Source of the DNA: an uncultured Gemmatimonas sp.
GTDB taxonomy: Bacteria > Gemmatimonadota > Gemmatimonadetes > Gemmatimonadales > GWC2-71-9
Reading direction: 5' to 3'
Length of the DNA stretch: 61,056 nt
Assembly: GCA_964521535.1 (NCBI GenBank)
Contig: CAZFSA010000003.1
Span: 1-61,056 of the forward strand
Shown here: one piece after another, positions 51,390 to 61,056 of the stretch
Numbering within the stretch: the stretch's first letter is position 1
How the letters are laid out: each line of letters starts with the position of its first letter
Notes under the pieces: model-generated
What the model was told of the DNA's origin: nothing
Database searches by the model: none
Seen by the model: the letters and a program-made list of their open reading frames with translations, nothing else
Position numbers and translations under genes: made by a program

Positions 51390-51898
51390 CAGGTGGGGGC
51401 TCCCGGCACCCAGTCGGGCCGCGGCACCAGCTCCCCATCCCTGATGACCTCCCGGTCCCAGGGCAGGATGATCGCCTTCTCGGTGGCGAAGGAGTGGAAG
51501 TCCGGCTCGTACGGTCCGGTCCGGAACGAGACCGCAGTCCGCACCTCGGCTGGCTCGAGGGCCCGGACCTCGTTGAGCGCGAGCTTGAGCGTGTGGCCGG
51601 TGTCGCAGGTCTCGTCCACGATCAGGATTCGCCGCCCCCGGATCGAGGGGGGCGGCCCGCTCACCAGCACCGGCAGGCTGCCCGCCGAGGCCCTCGTGAC
51701 GGTCATCGACGCGAACTCCCGCTGGAGAATCGACGCGATCACGGCCCCCGGAATCACGCCAGCCTTGGCGATGCCCAGCACGATCTCGGGGTCGTAGTCC
51801 CTGGCGACCTTGACCGCCAGAGCGCGGCAAAGCTCCCCAAAAAGGGGCCAGTCGATCTCCAGGACTCCGCGGGTGGTATCGAGCTGGCGGCGAGGCAT
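51389..51898 (-). CDS. Phosphoribosyltransferase-family protein
   Basis: VLGIAKAG, PRPP motif ILIVDETCDTGHTL, ILPWD. Confidence 0.88.
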   Translation of the reverse strand: MPRRQLDTTRGVLEIDWPLFGELCRALAVKVARDYDPEIVLGIAKAGVIPGAVIASILQREFASMTVTRASAGSLPVLVSGPPPSIRGRRILIVDETCDTGHTLKLALNEVRALEPAEVRTAVSFRTGPYEPDFHSFATEKAIILPWDREVIRDGELVPRPDWVPGAPT

Positions 51899-52133
51899 GG
51901 AAACTCCCGGTAGCGGACCTCACGGCGGACCCCTAACAATAGGCCCGAACCCCGGCGTCCGAAAGCCGGTCGGTTCCGGGCCGAACGTCCGCCGCAAGGT
52001 GTCGCCGATCAAGCCAGTGCGACAACGAGTTGTGTTGCACGGCGTGAAGATCTTTCTTATGTTGTAGCGGGTGTTGTAGCGGGCCCGCAGCAGCGCCCCG
52101 ACCCATCCCCCAGACCGGAGTGGCGACCGGCCC

Positions 52134-52589
52134 ATGAGCATCTGGCGACGCCTGATCGGCGGCCTGACCCGACCAGCCTCCAAGCCGCAGCGCCTGGACT
52201 ACCTCAATGAAGCGCTGGCCCTGGAACGCCAGGGCGACTACACCGCGGCGCTCACTTCCTATCGTCTGGGCCTTCGGGAGAATCCTCGCGACCCGCGGAT
52301 CCTCCAGAACATGGCCATCGCGTTCACCAGGACGGGGCAGCCGGACGAGGCCATCCGCCACTACCGGCGGGCCCTCGATCTGGACTCGACGCTGTCGGGC
52401 GCCCATTATGGACTGGCGTTCCTGCTGCTGAAGCGTGGGGACGAGGAGAAGGCCACGGAGCACCTCCGGGCCTTCCTGAGACGGCCACCCCGCGGGCCCG
52501 ACGCCGAGCAGTGGATTCAGCACGCCGAAACCGTCCTTCGCCGACTGAGCGACACGCCCGCCGAATCCGCAGCGGTCGGCACGGCGTGA
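52134..52589 (+). CDS. TPR-repeat protein
   Basis: Three TPR-like helix pairs. Confidence 0.8.
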   Translation: MSIWRRLIGGLTRPASKPQRLDYLNEALALERQGDYTAALTSYRLGLRENPRDPRILQNMAIAFTRTGQPDEAIRHYRRALDLDSTLSGAHYGLAFLLLKRGDEEKATEHLRAFLRRPPRGPDAEQWIQHAETVLRRLSDTPAESAAVGTA

Positions 52590-53299
52590 GTCGTGCGTGG
52601 CTGGCCGCGCTCCTCGCGGCCGCCTGCAGCTCCCTGGTAGAAAACGAGGATGGCGTCGCTACCCTGGAGATCCGGGTACCGGCCAACGTGTACCTCGAGC
52701 ACGGGGTGACCACGCGCCTTGAGGCGGCTGCCCGCAATCGGGCTGGCGAGGTCGTGGATGTGCGCCTCACCTGGCGGACTCCGGATACCACGGTCACGCT
52801 CGATCGGCAGACCGGCGACATCACCCCGCGCCAGAGCACCGGCAGCGCCCGGGTGCAGGTCGCTGCCATGGGAAAGGACACCCTCGCCTCGAGCCTCTCC
52901 GGTCTGGTCTTCACCCTCACGGCCCGCGCGGACTCGCTTCGCCTGGTGGGACCCGATTCCCTGGACGTCCGCCGCGATGCCGACAGCAGCGCGGCCCTCG
53001 ACGTCCGGCTGGTGGCGCTCCCCGAGGGAACGGGCGTGAGCGGGCGACCGATCGGGTTCCGAATCGTGGACCCGGCCCCGGGGGGTGACACCGTGGTGCT
53101 GCTCGGTCGGGGCCTGGTGCGGGACTCGGTCCTTTCGACCGGCACCGGGGGCCCGCCCGCGCCGGTCCGGGTCTGGGCCCGGGCCGGGCGCGTTCCACCG
53201 GACCGGGTGGTCGTCGAGGCCACGGCCTACCGGGCCTCCGGCGCGCCGATTCCCGGCTCCGGCATCCGGTTCGTGATCCGGTTCCGCCACGAGCCCTGA
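52586..53299 (+). CDS. Lipoprotein with Ig-like beta-rich domains
   Basis: GTG start overlapping the upstream stop; lipobox AAAC; beta-strand-rich sequence. Confidence 0.7.
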   Translation: MSRAWLAALLAAACSSLVENEDGVATLEIRVPANVYLEHGVTTRLEAAARNRAGEVVDVRLTWRTPDTTVTLDRQTGDITPRQSTGSARVQVAAMGKDTLASSLSGLVFTLTARADSLRLVGPDSLDVRRDADSSAALDVRLVALPEGTGVSGRPIGFRIVDPAPGGDTVVLLGRGLVRDSVLSTGTGGPPAPVRVWARAGRVPPDRVVVEATAYRASGAPIPGSGIRFVIRFRHEP

Positions 53300-53301
53300 G
53301 C

Positions 53302-55119
53302 ATGGCCACGCCCGCCACCCTGACGGAACTCTTCTTCGGGGCGATCGACCGCTGCGCGGCGCGCCCGGTGGCGATGCGGTACCGGGACGAGACCCGCTGG
53401 ATCCCGATCGGGTACGCCGAGCTCCTCGACCGCGTTCGCGCGGTGAGCCTCGGGCTGCTGGAGCTGGGCCTCGCGCCCGGAGACCGCGTGGCTCTCCTCT
53501 CCGAGAACCGGCCCGAATGGGCCATCGTCGACTACGCCTGCCTTGCCGCGCGGGTGGTTGACGTTCCGATCTACCCCACGCTCACTGCCCGTCAGATCGA
53601 GTTCCTGCTCCGGGATTCGGGCGCCCGGCTGGTGTTCGTGTCCACCGCCCAGCAGCTCGCCAAGGTGCAGGAGGTTCGGAGCGGCCTGCCCGCCCTGGGA
53701 TGGGTCGTCGGCTTCGACGCGGAGCTGTCGGGAGACGGGGTGATGCCGCTGGAGGTGCTGGAGGCCAGGGGCCGGGCGGCCGCCGACCGGCATCCCGGAT
53801 GGCGGGCCGACGCCCTGCGGGTGGAACCCGGCGCGCTCGCTACCATCATCTATACCTCGGGGACCACGGGCGAGCCCAAGGGCGTGATGCTCACTCACGG
53901 CAACATCGCCTCCAATGTGGCCGCCGGCTCCGCCGTGCTGCCACTGGCCCAGGACGACGAATGCCTGTCGCTTCTGCCGCTGTCGCACATCTTCGAGCGG
54001 ATGACCGGCCACTACAGCATGCTCCACAACAGCGTGATCATCAACTACGCCCGGAGCATCGAGACGGTGCCGCAGGACCTGATCGAGACCCGGCCCACGG
54101 TCGTGGCGGCCGTCCCGCGCCTCTACGAGAAGATCTACGCCCGGGCGGTCGAGACCGCGGCGCACGGCTCCGCGATCAAGCGCCGGGTCTTCCAGTGGGC
54201 CAGGCAGGTCGGCGACGCCTGGGCCGATCGCCGACTGGCCGGTCAGGCGATTCCGGTCGGGCTGAGCCTCCGCCATCGGGTGGCCGACGAGCTGGTTTTC
54301 GCCAAGCTTCGGGCGCGCGTGGGAGGACGGCTCCGCTACTTCATCTCGGGCGGCGCCCCGCTCAACCCGGACGTCGCGCGATTCTTCTACGCGGCCGGGA
54401 TGCCGATCCTGGAGGGCTACGGGCTGACCGAGACGTCGCCGGTGATCTCCGTGAACACGCCCACCGCCATCCGGCTCGGCACCGTGGGCCGGGTGGTGCC
54501 GGGCGTCGAGGTCCGGATCGCAGACGACGGCGAGATCCTGGCCCGCGGCCCCAACGTCATGAAGGGGTATTACAACCGGCCGGCGGACACGGCCCAGGCG
54601 ATCGACGCCGAGGGATGGTTCCACACCGGCGACATTGGAGAGTTCGACGCCGATGGGTTCCTCCGGATCACCGACCGGAAGAAGGACCTCATCGCCACCG
54701 CCGGCGGCAAGAAGATCGCACCTCAGCCGATCGAGGATCTGCTCCGCCAGAACCCCTTCATCGCCAACGCCGTGATGCTCGGCGACCGCCGCAAGTTCCC
54801 GATCATGCTGCTCGCCCCCGCCTTCGACCGGCTCGAGGCCTGGGCGCGACAGGCAGGATTGGCATGGACCTCCCGGGAGGAGCTGATCCAGCTACCCGCA
54901 GTCGTGGCCCATCTCGAGGCCGAGGCCAAGAAGCACTTCCGGGATCTGGCGCGCTTCGAGGTGCCAAAGCGGTTCCTGATCCTGCCCCGCGAGTTCTCGA
55001 TCGAGACGGGGGAGCTCACGCCGAAGCTTTCGGTTCGCCGCAAGGTGGTCGAGGATCATTATCGCGAACAGATCGACGCCCTGTATCTGGCTGCCGAGCA
55101 GGACGCGGCGGAGCGCTAG
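53302..55119 (+). CDS. Long-chain fatty-acid--CoA ligase
   Basis: YTSGTTGEPKG, LPLSHIFER, GYGLTE, WFHTGDIG, ITDRKKD. Confidence 0.95.
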   Translation: MATPATLTELFFGAIDRCAARPVAMRYRDETRWIPIGYAELLDRVRAVSLGLLELGLAPGDRVALLSENRPEWAIVDYACLAARVVDVPIYPTLTARQIEFLLRDSGARLVFVSTAQQLAKVQEVRSGLPALGWVVGFDAELSGDGVMPLEVLEARGRAAADRHPGWRADALRVEPGALATIIYTSGTTGEPKGVMLTHGNIASNVAAGSAVLPLAQDDECLSLLPLSHIFERMTGHYSMLHNSVIINYARSIETVPQDLIETRPTVVAAVPRLYEKIYARAVETAAHGSAIKRRVFQWARQVGDAWADRRLAGQAIPVGLSLRHRVADELVFAKLRARVGGRLRYFISGGAPLNPDVARFFYAAGMPILEGYGLTETSPVISVNTPTAIRLGTVGRVVPGVEVRIADDGEILARGPNVMKGYYNRPADTAQAIDAEGWFHTGDIGEFDADGFLRITDRKKDLIATAGGKKIAPQPIEDLLRQNPFIANAVMLGDRRKFPIMLLAPAFDRLEAWARQAGLAWTSREELIQLPAVVAHLEAEAKKHFRDLARFEVPKRFLILPREFSIETGELTPKLSVRRKVVEDHYREQIDALYLAAEQDAAER

Positions 55120-55254
55120 AAACCCGGCAGGCCTGACCGCGTCCGGAAAAAGCTGCAACTGGCGCCGAATCCGGATCGACTCATCAACCGCTTGTCCCAC
55201 AGCGGGTTACAGCACGCACCCGGGTCGGGCCCGGGTTCTGCCAGTTGCCGCAGC

Positions 55255-56322
55255 GTGCGCACCTTCCTGCTCGCCGGATTGGCCGTCGCCGCTCCCCTGG
55301 GCTCCGTTCCAGGGCAACTTCCCCCCGTGGAGTGGCGGATAGCGGGCGCTGACAGTCTCCTCCAGCACCCCCGGGTCACTCACTATCTGGACTATTTCAC
55401 CGGGCCCGCCCGGGACCGGATGGCAAGATGGTTGGAACGGGGCAGCGCGGTGCGGACGCCGATCCGCGCTCGGCTGGCCCGCGAGGGCCTGCCTGAGGAG
55501 TTCGAATTCCTGCCCCTGATCGAGAGCGGCTACTCGAACACCGCGGTAAGTCGCGCGGGGGCGGTCGGGATGTGGCAGTTCGTTCCGGAAACCGCCCGCG
55601 ACCTGGGCCTCAGGGTCAATCGGTTCCTCGACGAGCGTCGCGACCCCGCCCGGGCCACCGACGCGGCGGCCCGCCACCTCGGGCAGCTGGCCCGGCAGTT
55701 CGGGTCCCCCCTGCTCGCCGCGGCGGCATACAACGCCGGGGCCGGGCGGGTAAGCCGGGCGCTCGGGCTCCTCCCGTCAGACTCGGGCGGGTTCGCCGAC
55801 CATGACTTCTTTCGTCTGGCCGATCGGGGGCTCCTGGCCGCCGAGACCCGCGAGTACGTGCCGCAACTGCTCGCGGCCACCATCATCGGGCGCGACCCGG
55901 CGCGGTTCGGGTTTCGGGTGCCGGTCGCTGCCCCGCCGGGTCACGACTCCGTCCGCGTCCACCGGGCGGTGAGCCTCGCCGGCGCGGCTCGGGCAATCGG
56001 CCTCGCCGCGCCGGAACTGGAACGGCTCAACCCCCAGTTCCTTCGCGGGGTGACTCCACCCGGCGCCCCGGCGTGGATCCGGGTTCCCGAAGGCCTCGGG
56101 GGACGCCTGACGCAGGCGCTGCCTTCCCTCCCCGGCGCCCATCAGGCCGATTCGCGGCACCGGCCGGAGGCCGGACGCCGGATCCGCGTCCGCCGGGGCG
56201 ATTCGGTGGAGGCCATCGCGGAACGGCACGGCGTTGGCGTGGACGCCCTGCGGCGGGTCAACGCCCTGCCCCGCTGGTACCGGCTCACGGCCGGCCAGGT
56301 GCTCCGGCTGCCGGACGGCTGA
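55255..56322 (+). CDS. MltD-like lytic transglycosylase with LysM domain
   Basis: IESG, AVGMWQF, AAYNAG, ETREYVP, C-terminal VRRGDS..IA LysM; start uncertain. Confidence 0.9.
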   Translation: MRTFLLAGLAVAAPLGSVPGQLPPVEWRIAGADSLLQHPRVTHYLDYFTGPARDRMARWLERGSAVRTPIRARLAREGLPEEFEFLPLIESGYSNTAVSRAGAVGMWQFVPETARDLGLRVNRFLDERRDPARATDAAARHLGQLARQFGSPLLAAAAYNAGAGRVSRALGLLPSDSGGFADHDFFRLADRGLLAAETREYVPQLLAATIIGRDPARFGFRVPVAAPPGHDSVRVHRAVSLAGAARAIGLAAPELERLNPQFLRGVTPPGAPAWIRVPEGLGGRLTQALPSLPGAHQADSRHRPEAGRRIRVRRGDSVEAIAERHGVGVDALRRVNALPRWYRLTAGQVLRLPDG

Positions 56323-56905
56323 GCTTCCTCGCCACCCACACCCCCCCGGCTTCGGCCAGCAGCTCGACGCCGGGTACTTCCACCACCGGCCCCTCGACCA
56401 CCACCCGGTTCCCTGGAAGCACGGCCCGGAGAGCGGCCTCGACCCAGCGGCGGTCCGACCCGGCCGACGGCCCAAGGACGGCCGCGCGAACGCTCGACTC
56501 CTTGAGCGGCAGCCTCGGGGACCGCACGACGCTCGCCCACTCGGTGTCCTCGGTGCCTGGAGGGGGATTGACGAGGGCGAATCGAACCCCTGGCAGCAGC
56601 GCGCCCAGGTCGGCGGCCAGCGAGGACGCCTCGGCCACGAGCGCCACGAACCCGCCCGGACCCTCGATCCCGACCAGGGCCCGCACGGCCTCGGCCGAGA
56701 GCGCCGAGGCCCGAGCCACGCCCGGCGTCGGGGCCGGCCCGAACTCGACGGAGCCACGCTCCAGCATCACCACCTGCCGGCAGACCGGACATCCCAGCCA
56801 CCCGGCCACGACCCGGCGTCCTTCCATCCGTTCCGGGAGGAGCACCAGAAACCGCTCCTCGTGATCGGACGGGCAACGGAGATGATCGGTCAGCTCGATG
56901 AACAC
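56285..56905 (-). CDS. Protein with Trm112-like N-terminus and degenerate methyltransferase-like C-terminus
   Basis: LTDHLRCP..H...GWLGCPVC; C-terminal LPLKESSVRA...ALRAVLPG. Confidence 0.55.
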   Translation of the reverse strand: MFIELTDHLRCPSDHEERFLVLLPERMEGRRVVAGWLGCPVCRQVVMLERGSVEFGPAPTPGVARASALSAEAVRALVGIEGPGGFVALVAEASSLAADLGALLPGVRFALVNPPPGTEDTEWASVVRSPRLPLKESSVRAAVLGPSAGSDRRWVEAALRAVLPGNRVVVEGPVVEVPGVELLAEAGGVWVARKLSRPAAGAPGRP

Positions 56906-56912
56906 GCCTGCC

Positions 56913-57608
56913 TCACGCCGGACCCAGCTGAATCCAGGCGACGTCGACTCGCGGAGGCAGGCCGGCAATCCAGCAGACCGCCTCCGCCACGTCCTCGGGG
57001 CGGAGCATCGTCGCTCGCGAAGGCAGGTCGGATCGACGGTCGGGGTCGTAGGGATCCCACACCGGCGTGTCCGTCGGGCCCGGGCTCACGAGCGTGCAGA
57101 GGACGCCGGATCCCCGGTATTCCTCGCGCAGCACTTCGTGCAGCCCGCGAGCGCCGAACTTGGTGGCGGCGTAGGCGCTGTTGCCGGGGAAGGCCCGGTG
57201 ATCGGCGACGCTCCCGACCAGCAGATGCCGGCCGCGAGCCGCGGCCCGCATAACCGGCAGCAGACGCTGGGCCACCGCGAAGGGGGCCCGGAGGTTGGTT
57301 CGGTAGAGGCGATCGAGATCGGCGAGCGGCTGCGACTCGAACGCCCCCAGGGTGAAGGCACCGGCGTTGTTCACCACTAGGTCCGGAACACCCAGGGCCA
57401 GGATCCGGTCCAGAGCGGCTTCCCGGCTGGCGTCATCGACCAGGTCGGCCGCCAGGTCGATCACCCGCTCGCCGACCGCGGGGACGAGGCTTCGGGCCAG
57501 GCGAGCCACCCGGGCCCCCTCCGCCAGCAGCCGATCGGCCACCGCCCGCCCGATGCCGCGGGACGCCCCGGTCACGACGGCATAGGACCCGGCGAGCCTG
57601 CCGCTCAC
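56913..57608 (-). CDS. SDR-family oxidoreductase
   Basis: TGASRGIG, NNAG, YAATK. Confidence 0.92.
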   Translation of the reverse strand: MSGRLAGSYAVVTGASRGIGRAVADRLLAEGARVARLARSLVPAVGERVIDLAADLVDDASREAALDRILALGVPDLVVNNAGAFTLGAFESQPLADLDRLYRTNLRAPFAVAQRLLPVMRAAARGRHLLVGSVADHRAFPGNSAYAATKFGARGLHEVLREEYRGSGVLCTLVSPGPTDTPVWDPYDPDRRSDLPSRATMLRPEDVAEAVCWIAGLPPRVDVAWIQLGPA

Positions 57609-57609
57609 C

Positions 57610-58194
57610 CTAGATCTCGATTCCGCGCCCGCCGTGCGCCAGGCGGAGGAATTCGTCGCGGGTGCGGGGATCGTCCCGGAAGACCCCACGAAGGGCACTG
57701 GTGACGGTCCGGGAGTTCTGCTTCTCCACCCCCCGCATCATCATGCACAGGTGAACCGCCTCCACCACCACCCCCGCGCCCTGCGGCTCCAGGACCTCCA
57801 TCACCGCGTCCGCGACCTGGTCGGTGAGCCGCTCCTGCACCTGGAGCCTCCGCGCGAAGAGTTCGACAATCCGCGGGATCTTCGACAGGCCGATGATCCG
57901 GCCGCGCGGGATGTACGCCACATGGGCCCGCCCGAAGAACGGGAGCATGTGGTGCTCGCAGAGCGAGTACAGCTCCACGTCCCGGACCAGGATCATGTTC
58001 TCGTGCGCCTCCTCGAAGACGCCGCCGCCCACCACATCGGCCACGGTCAGGTCGTAGCCGCGAGTGAGCCAGCGCATCGCCTTGGCCACGCGGTCCGGCG
58101 TCCGTTTCAGGCCCGGCCGTTCCGGGTCTTCGCCCAGGGCAGCAATCATCGCCCGGACGTGCTTGCGCAGATCAGGCGCCCTGGTATTCGACAT
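57610..58194 (-). CDS. folE: GTP cyclohydrolase I
   Basis: [40 protein letters not shown]. Confidence 0.97.
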   Translation of the reverse strand: MSNTRAPDLRKHVRAMIAALGEDPERPGLKRTPDRVAKAMRWLTRGYDLTVADVVGGGVFEEAHENMILVRDVELYSLCEHHMLPFFGRAHVAYIPRGRIIGLSKIPRIVELFARRLQVQERLTDQVADAVMEVLEPQGAGVVVEAVHLCMMMRGVEKQNSRTVTSALRGVFRDDPRTRDEFLRLAHGGRGIEI

Positions 58195-58585
58195 AGTTCC
58201 TGGGAGTCTCCCACAGGCGGATGAGTTTGAGCCGACCGGACGGCAGCCGGGGCGCGATCCGCTCCCAGCAGAACACGGCGATGTTCTCGGCCGAGGCCAG
58301 GCGGTCACGGAACCAGGCGACGTCGAGGTTCAGGTTCCGATGATCCAGCTCCGCCACCACCGCCTCGTGCGCGATCCGCTTCAGGTCGCCCACGTCGATG
58401 ACGTACCCGGTCTCCGGATCGATCGGCCCCTCCACCAAAACCTCGAGCTCGTAGTTGTGACCGTGGTAGTTGGGCAGGTTGCAGGCACCGAAGGTGGCGC
58501 GGTTCCACTCATCCGACCGGGCCGGATTGTGGAGCCGATGCGCCGCATTGAAGTGCAGGCGTTTTGCTACCACACAGCTCGGCAT
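58172..58585 (-). CDS. 6-pyruvoyl-tetrahydropterin synthase family protein (CX5HGH type)
   Basis: [41 protein letters not shown]. Confidence 0.9.
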   Translation of the reverse strand: MPSCVVAKRLHFNAAHRLHNPARSDEWNRATFGACNLPNYHGHNYELEVLVEGPIDPETGYVIDVGDLKRIAHEAVVAELDHRNLNLDVAWFRDRLASAENIAVFCWERIAPRLPSGRLKLIRLWETPRNYVEYQGA

Positions 58586-58864
58586 TGGCCGTCTCCGGGG
58601 CCGGGACGCAACGAGGCGCCGACGACTCGCTGGTCGGTCGGCGCCCCGGAGTCGGATGGTCACCGGGAGGTTGATTGAAGCCCGAACCCAATGCTTGGCG
58701 CCCTCACCGAGCGCGTCTGCCTTCCCCCGAGGGGCGTGACATCGGCGCCGGTATCTGGACCCGGTTTCGGACCTGTTGGCTCAATAACGTTGTTCCCGGC
58801 CACCAGCCGACGCCATATTATATCGGTCGCCAGGAACACCGTCAACGCATCGGGGCCGCCCGGC

Positions 58865-59020
58865 ATGATCGATCTCATTGGCGCGATCGTTGCACTCACG
58901 CTCTGGTTCGTGCTGACGTTCGTGGTACCGGTCGGCCTGGGTCTGGTGCATGTCCTGCTGGCCGCCGGCGTCGTGCTGTGGATCCGCTGGTGGGCGCTTC
59001 GACCCTCGCCCGCGGCCTGA
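58865..59020 (+). CDS. Small membrane protein (2 TM)
   Basis: MIDLIGAIVALTLWFVLTF...VHVLLAAGVVLWIRWW. Confidence 0.6.
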   Translation: MIDLIGAIVALTLWFVLTFVVPVGLGLVHVLLAAGVVLWIRWWALRPSPAA

Positions 59021-59027
59021 ACGCGGC

Positions 59028-59519
59028 TCAGGCCGGCGACGGCTTCTCCAGCTGGGCCTCGATGTCGCTCGCGATCGCTTCAGGGGTGTCTCGCGGCGCG
59101 TAGCGTTTCGCCACCCTCCCGTCGCGCGCCACCAGGAACTTGGTGAAGTTCCACTTGATCGTCTTCGAGCCCAGCACTCCGGGCTGAGCCTCCTTGAGCC
59201 GGCGGTAGACGGGGTGTGTGCCCGGGCCGTTGACGTCGATCTTGGCAAACATCGGGAACGTCACCTCGTACCGGGTGGAGCAGAATTCGCGAATCGCCGC
59301 CTCGTCGCCGGGCTCCTGGTGGCCAAACTGGTCGCAGGGGAAGCCCAGCACCGCGAAGCCGCGGCTGCGATAGCGGCGATGGAGCTGCTCCAGACCCTGG
59401 TACTGCGGCGTGAACCCGCAGCGGCTGGCCACGTTCACCACCAGCAGCACCTGGCCCCGGAACTCGCCCAGGGATCGCGGGGTCCCGTCGATCGCGGTGG
59501 CCTCCAGGTCGTAAATCAC
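59028..59519 (-). CDS. Glutathione peroxidase family protein
   Basis: VNVASRCGFTPQY, LGFPCDQF, IKWNFTKFL. Confidence 0.95.
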   Translation of the reverse strand: MIYDLEATAIDGTPRSLGEFRGQVLLVVNVASRCGFTPQYQGLEQLHRRYRSRGFAVLGFPCDQFGHQEPGDEAAIREFCSTRYEVTFPMFAKIDVNGPGTHPVYRRLKEAQPGVLGSKTIKWNFTKFLVARDGRVAKRYAPRDTPEAIASDIEAQLEKPSPA

Positions 59520-60476
59520 TCAGATCTCCCAGTTCGAGAAGACCACGCCTCGCTCCGGGCGTCGCTCCGGGAAGCCGGCGAGGAACATCCTGAGGTCCGT
59601 CCAGTGCACCCGGAAGCCCAGGTCCAGCAGCGCCGCATAGGCGTCGCTGAATCCGGTCTGGCAGCGGATCGTGATGCGGCGGAATCCGAGCCCGGCGGCC
59701 CGCGCGACGACCCGCCGCACCAGGGCGACGAACCCGGCGTGATCCGCGGCCACCACCTTGAGCACCCGGAGCTCGTCGCTCCCGCGGGCCGCCGCGAGCG
59801 GCGCGGAGTGCCAGAGCGCGAACGCCGAGAGTTCCCTTCCTCCGAGCCCGGTCACGTCGCCCAGGCCGTGCTCGCGGGTGAGGGCGATTTCCCGGCCGTA
59901 GTCGGGACCTGGCAGTACCCGGCTGGTCAGCGCCTGGCAGGCCTCTACCGGCACCGGCTCTCCGGCGGTCTCCGGCCCGTCGGCGGCGGACTCGACGCGA
60001 TCCGCCGGCTTGAGGTCGCGCACCAGGGAGACCGTCAGGTGGGCGGGCCGGAACCCCAGTCCGCTGTAGAACCCGATGTTGTCGATCGTCCGGGGCATGG
60101 TCTCGAGTCCGATGACGGCTGACCGGTGCGCCACCAGCCGTTCGATGCCGGCCGTCACGATGGCGCGACCGAGGCCCTGTCCCTGGCAGTCCGGCCGGAC
60201 CGCGAGCGGTCCCATCCAGCCCTCGGCGCCGGCCTGGTGGATCATGTTGAACGCGGCCACCGCGCCCTCGGCGTCCCGCCAGATCAGAGCGCCGTCTCCC
60301 GCCGCGGCGATCGCGTATCGCCACACGGCCGGGTTGAGCTCCGGCACCCGGACCGACCCCATGCCGTCGCGGTGGTATCGATCGGTGAACGCCTCGGCGA
60401 AGACCCGATTGATCCCCTCGATGTCGTCGGGACTGGCGGGGAACGGGCCCCGGACGCCGGCGTTACGCCGCCACAT
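59520..60476 (-). CDS. GNAT-family acetyltransferase (tandem domains)
   Basis: LAVRPDCQGQGLG motif A, NIGFYSGLGF. Confidence 0.85.
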   Translation of the reverse strand: MWRRNAGVRGPFPASPDDIEGINRVFAEAFTDRYHRDGMGSVRVPELNPAVWRYAIAAAGDGALIWRDAEGAVAAFNMIHQAGAEGWMGPLAVRPDCQGQGLGRAIVTAGIERLVAHRSAVIGLETMPRTIDNIGFYSGLGFRPAHLTVSLVRDLKPADRVESAADGPETAGEPVPVEACQALTSRVLPGPDYGREIALTREHGLGDVTGLGGRELSAFALWHSAPLAAARGSDELRVLKVVAADHAGFVALVRRVVARAAGLGFRRITIRCQTGFSDAYAALLDLGFRVHWTDLRMFLAGFPERRPERGVVFSNWEI

Positions 60477-61056
60477 GCGGGACCTCTGATCGTGGGCTCT
60501 CCTCCCGGGCGGTCGCCGAGTCCCGCTCCCGGTCGTACTCGATCCGGATCACCCGATCGACGCCATCCCGAACGGCCTCGATGTGGGTGATGAGCACGAC
60601 TTGCGGGAAGCGGTCGGCGAGGCCCCGGAGCAGGTCCAGCACGGCCGCGCGGCGCTCCTCGTCGAGCGAACCGAAGATCTCGTCCAGGACCAGCAGGCTG
60701 AAGGGCTGCCCCGCCCGGTCCGCGATCATCTGACTGATGGCGAGCCGGAGGGCCAGGTTCGCCACGTCCTCCTCCCCCCCCGAGATCACCGTCTGCGGTT
60801 CGCCTTCGTCGTAGATGGTCGGGCGGTACTCCTCGTTCAGTTCCAGATCGCTGTACCGGCCGTTGGTCAGGTCGCGCACCAGGACGGACGCCGCGTCGGA
60901 CAGGTCGGGCCGGATGGTGGCGTTCAGCTCGTCCTGGAGAGCGGTCAACGCCCGGTCCAGCTCCTGATTGAGCAGGAGTTCATCGCGCAACTGGTCCAAC
61001 TGCGCCTGGCGCCGGTCGCGCTCGGCCCGCCGCGCGGCCACGGCGGCCCGGTGCTC
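60463..61056 (-). CDS. SbcC/Rad50 (SMC-like) ATPase, C-terminal part
   Basis: Coiled coil, ISGGEE signature, LVLDEIFGSLD Walker B/D-loop, LITH; runs off the window. Confidence 0.9.
   Translation of the reverse strand, partial: EHRAAVAARRAERDRRQAQLDQLRDELLLNQELDRALTALQDELNATIRPDLSDAASVLVRDLTNGRYSDLELNEEYRPTIYDEGEPQTVISGGEEDVANLALRLAISQMIADRAGQPFSLLVLDEIFGSLDEERRAAVLDLLRGLADRFPQVVLITHIEAVRDGVDRVIRIEYDRERDSATAREESPRSEVPHVAA

Noticed and set aside
52061-52082. GTTGTAGCGG direct repeat as an NrdR box or other operator
   Set aside because: Only two short copies, poor fit to the NrdR consensus, and no ribonucleotide reductase gene adjacent
58172-58585. queD (queuosine pathway)
   Set aside because: The motif is CX5HGH rather than CX3HGH and there are no queC/queE neighbours

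Overview
High-GC bacterial chromosomal window; gene content and protein style suggest Gemmatimonadota (inference). Most of 29.2-61 kb is housekeeping: Glu/Leu dehydrogenase, ccmE-F-H-I, glpK, recF-dciA-(msrB)-gyrB, pdp, ligA, tldD/pmbA, fatty-acid CoA ligase, lytic transglycosylase, a PTPS-folE-SDR pterin operon, glutathione peroxidase and an SbcC/Rad50 C-terminus. Two visibly lower-GC accessory islands stand out. (1) About 6.6-11.4 kb: IS481 debris and a fur remnant, then a LuxR-type regulator divergent from a CxxC lipoprotein, a 59-aa secreted Cys-rich peptide, a beta-propeller lipoprotein and a broken Cys-cluster (YkgJ-like) gene, ending at fur/katG. (2) About 20.0-29.1 kb: a decayed integron (intI remnant, DUF3800 cassette, a clear attC at 22874-23010) interrupted by an IS481-family element. 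It is followed by a candidate undescribed DNA-modification/defence module: a DndB/DGQHR protein and a large GHKL-type ATPase, convergent with an RHH regulator and an SPPY-type DNA methyltransferase, with no dndACDE and no recognisable nuclease. The dndB promoter carries four ACAGCTC repeats at 22-23 bp spacing, and the RHH-MTase promoter has a palindromic operator in its -35/-10 spacer, 10 bp of which recur upstream of dndB. No rRNA, tRNA or CRISPR array was recognised. All family assignments come from motif recognition by eye, not from database searches.
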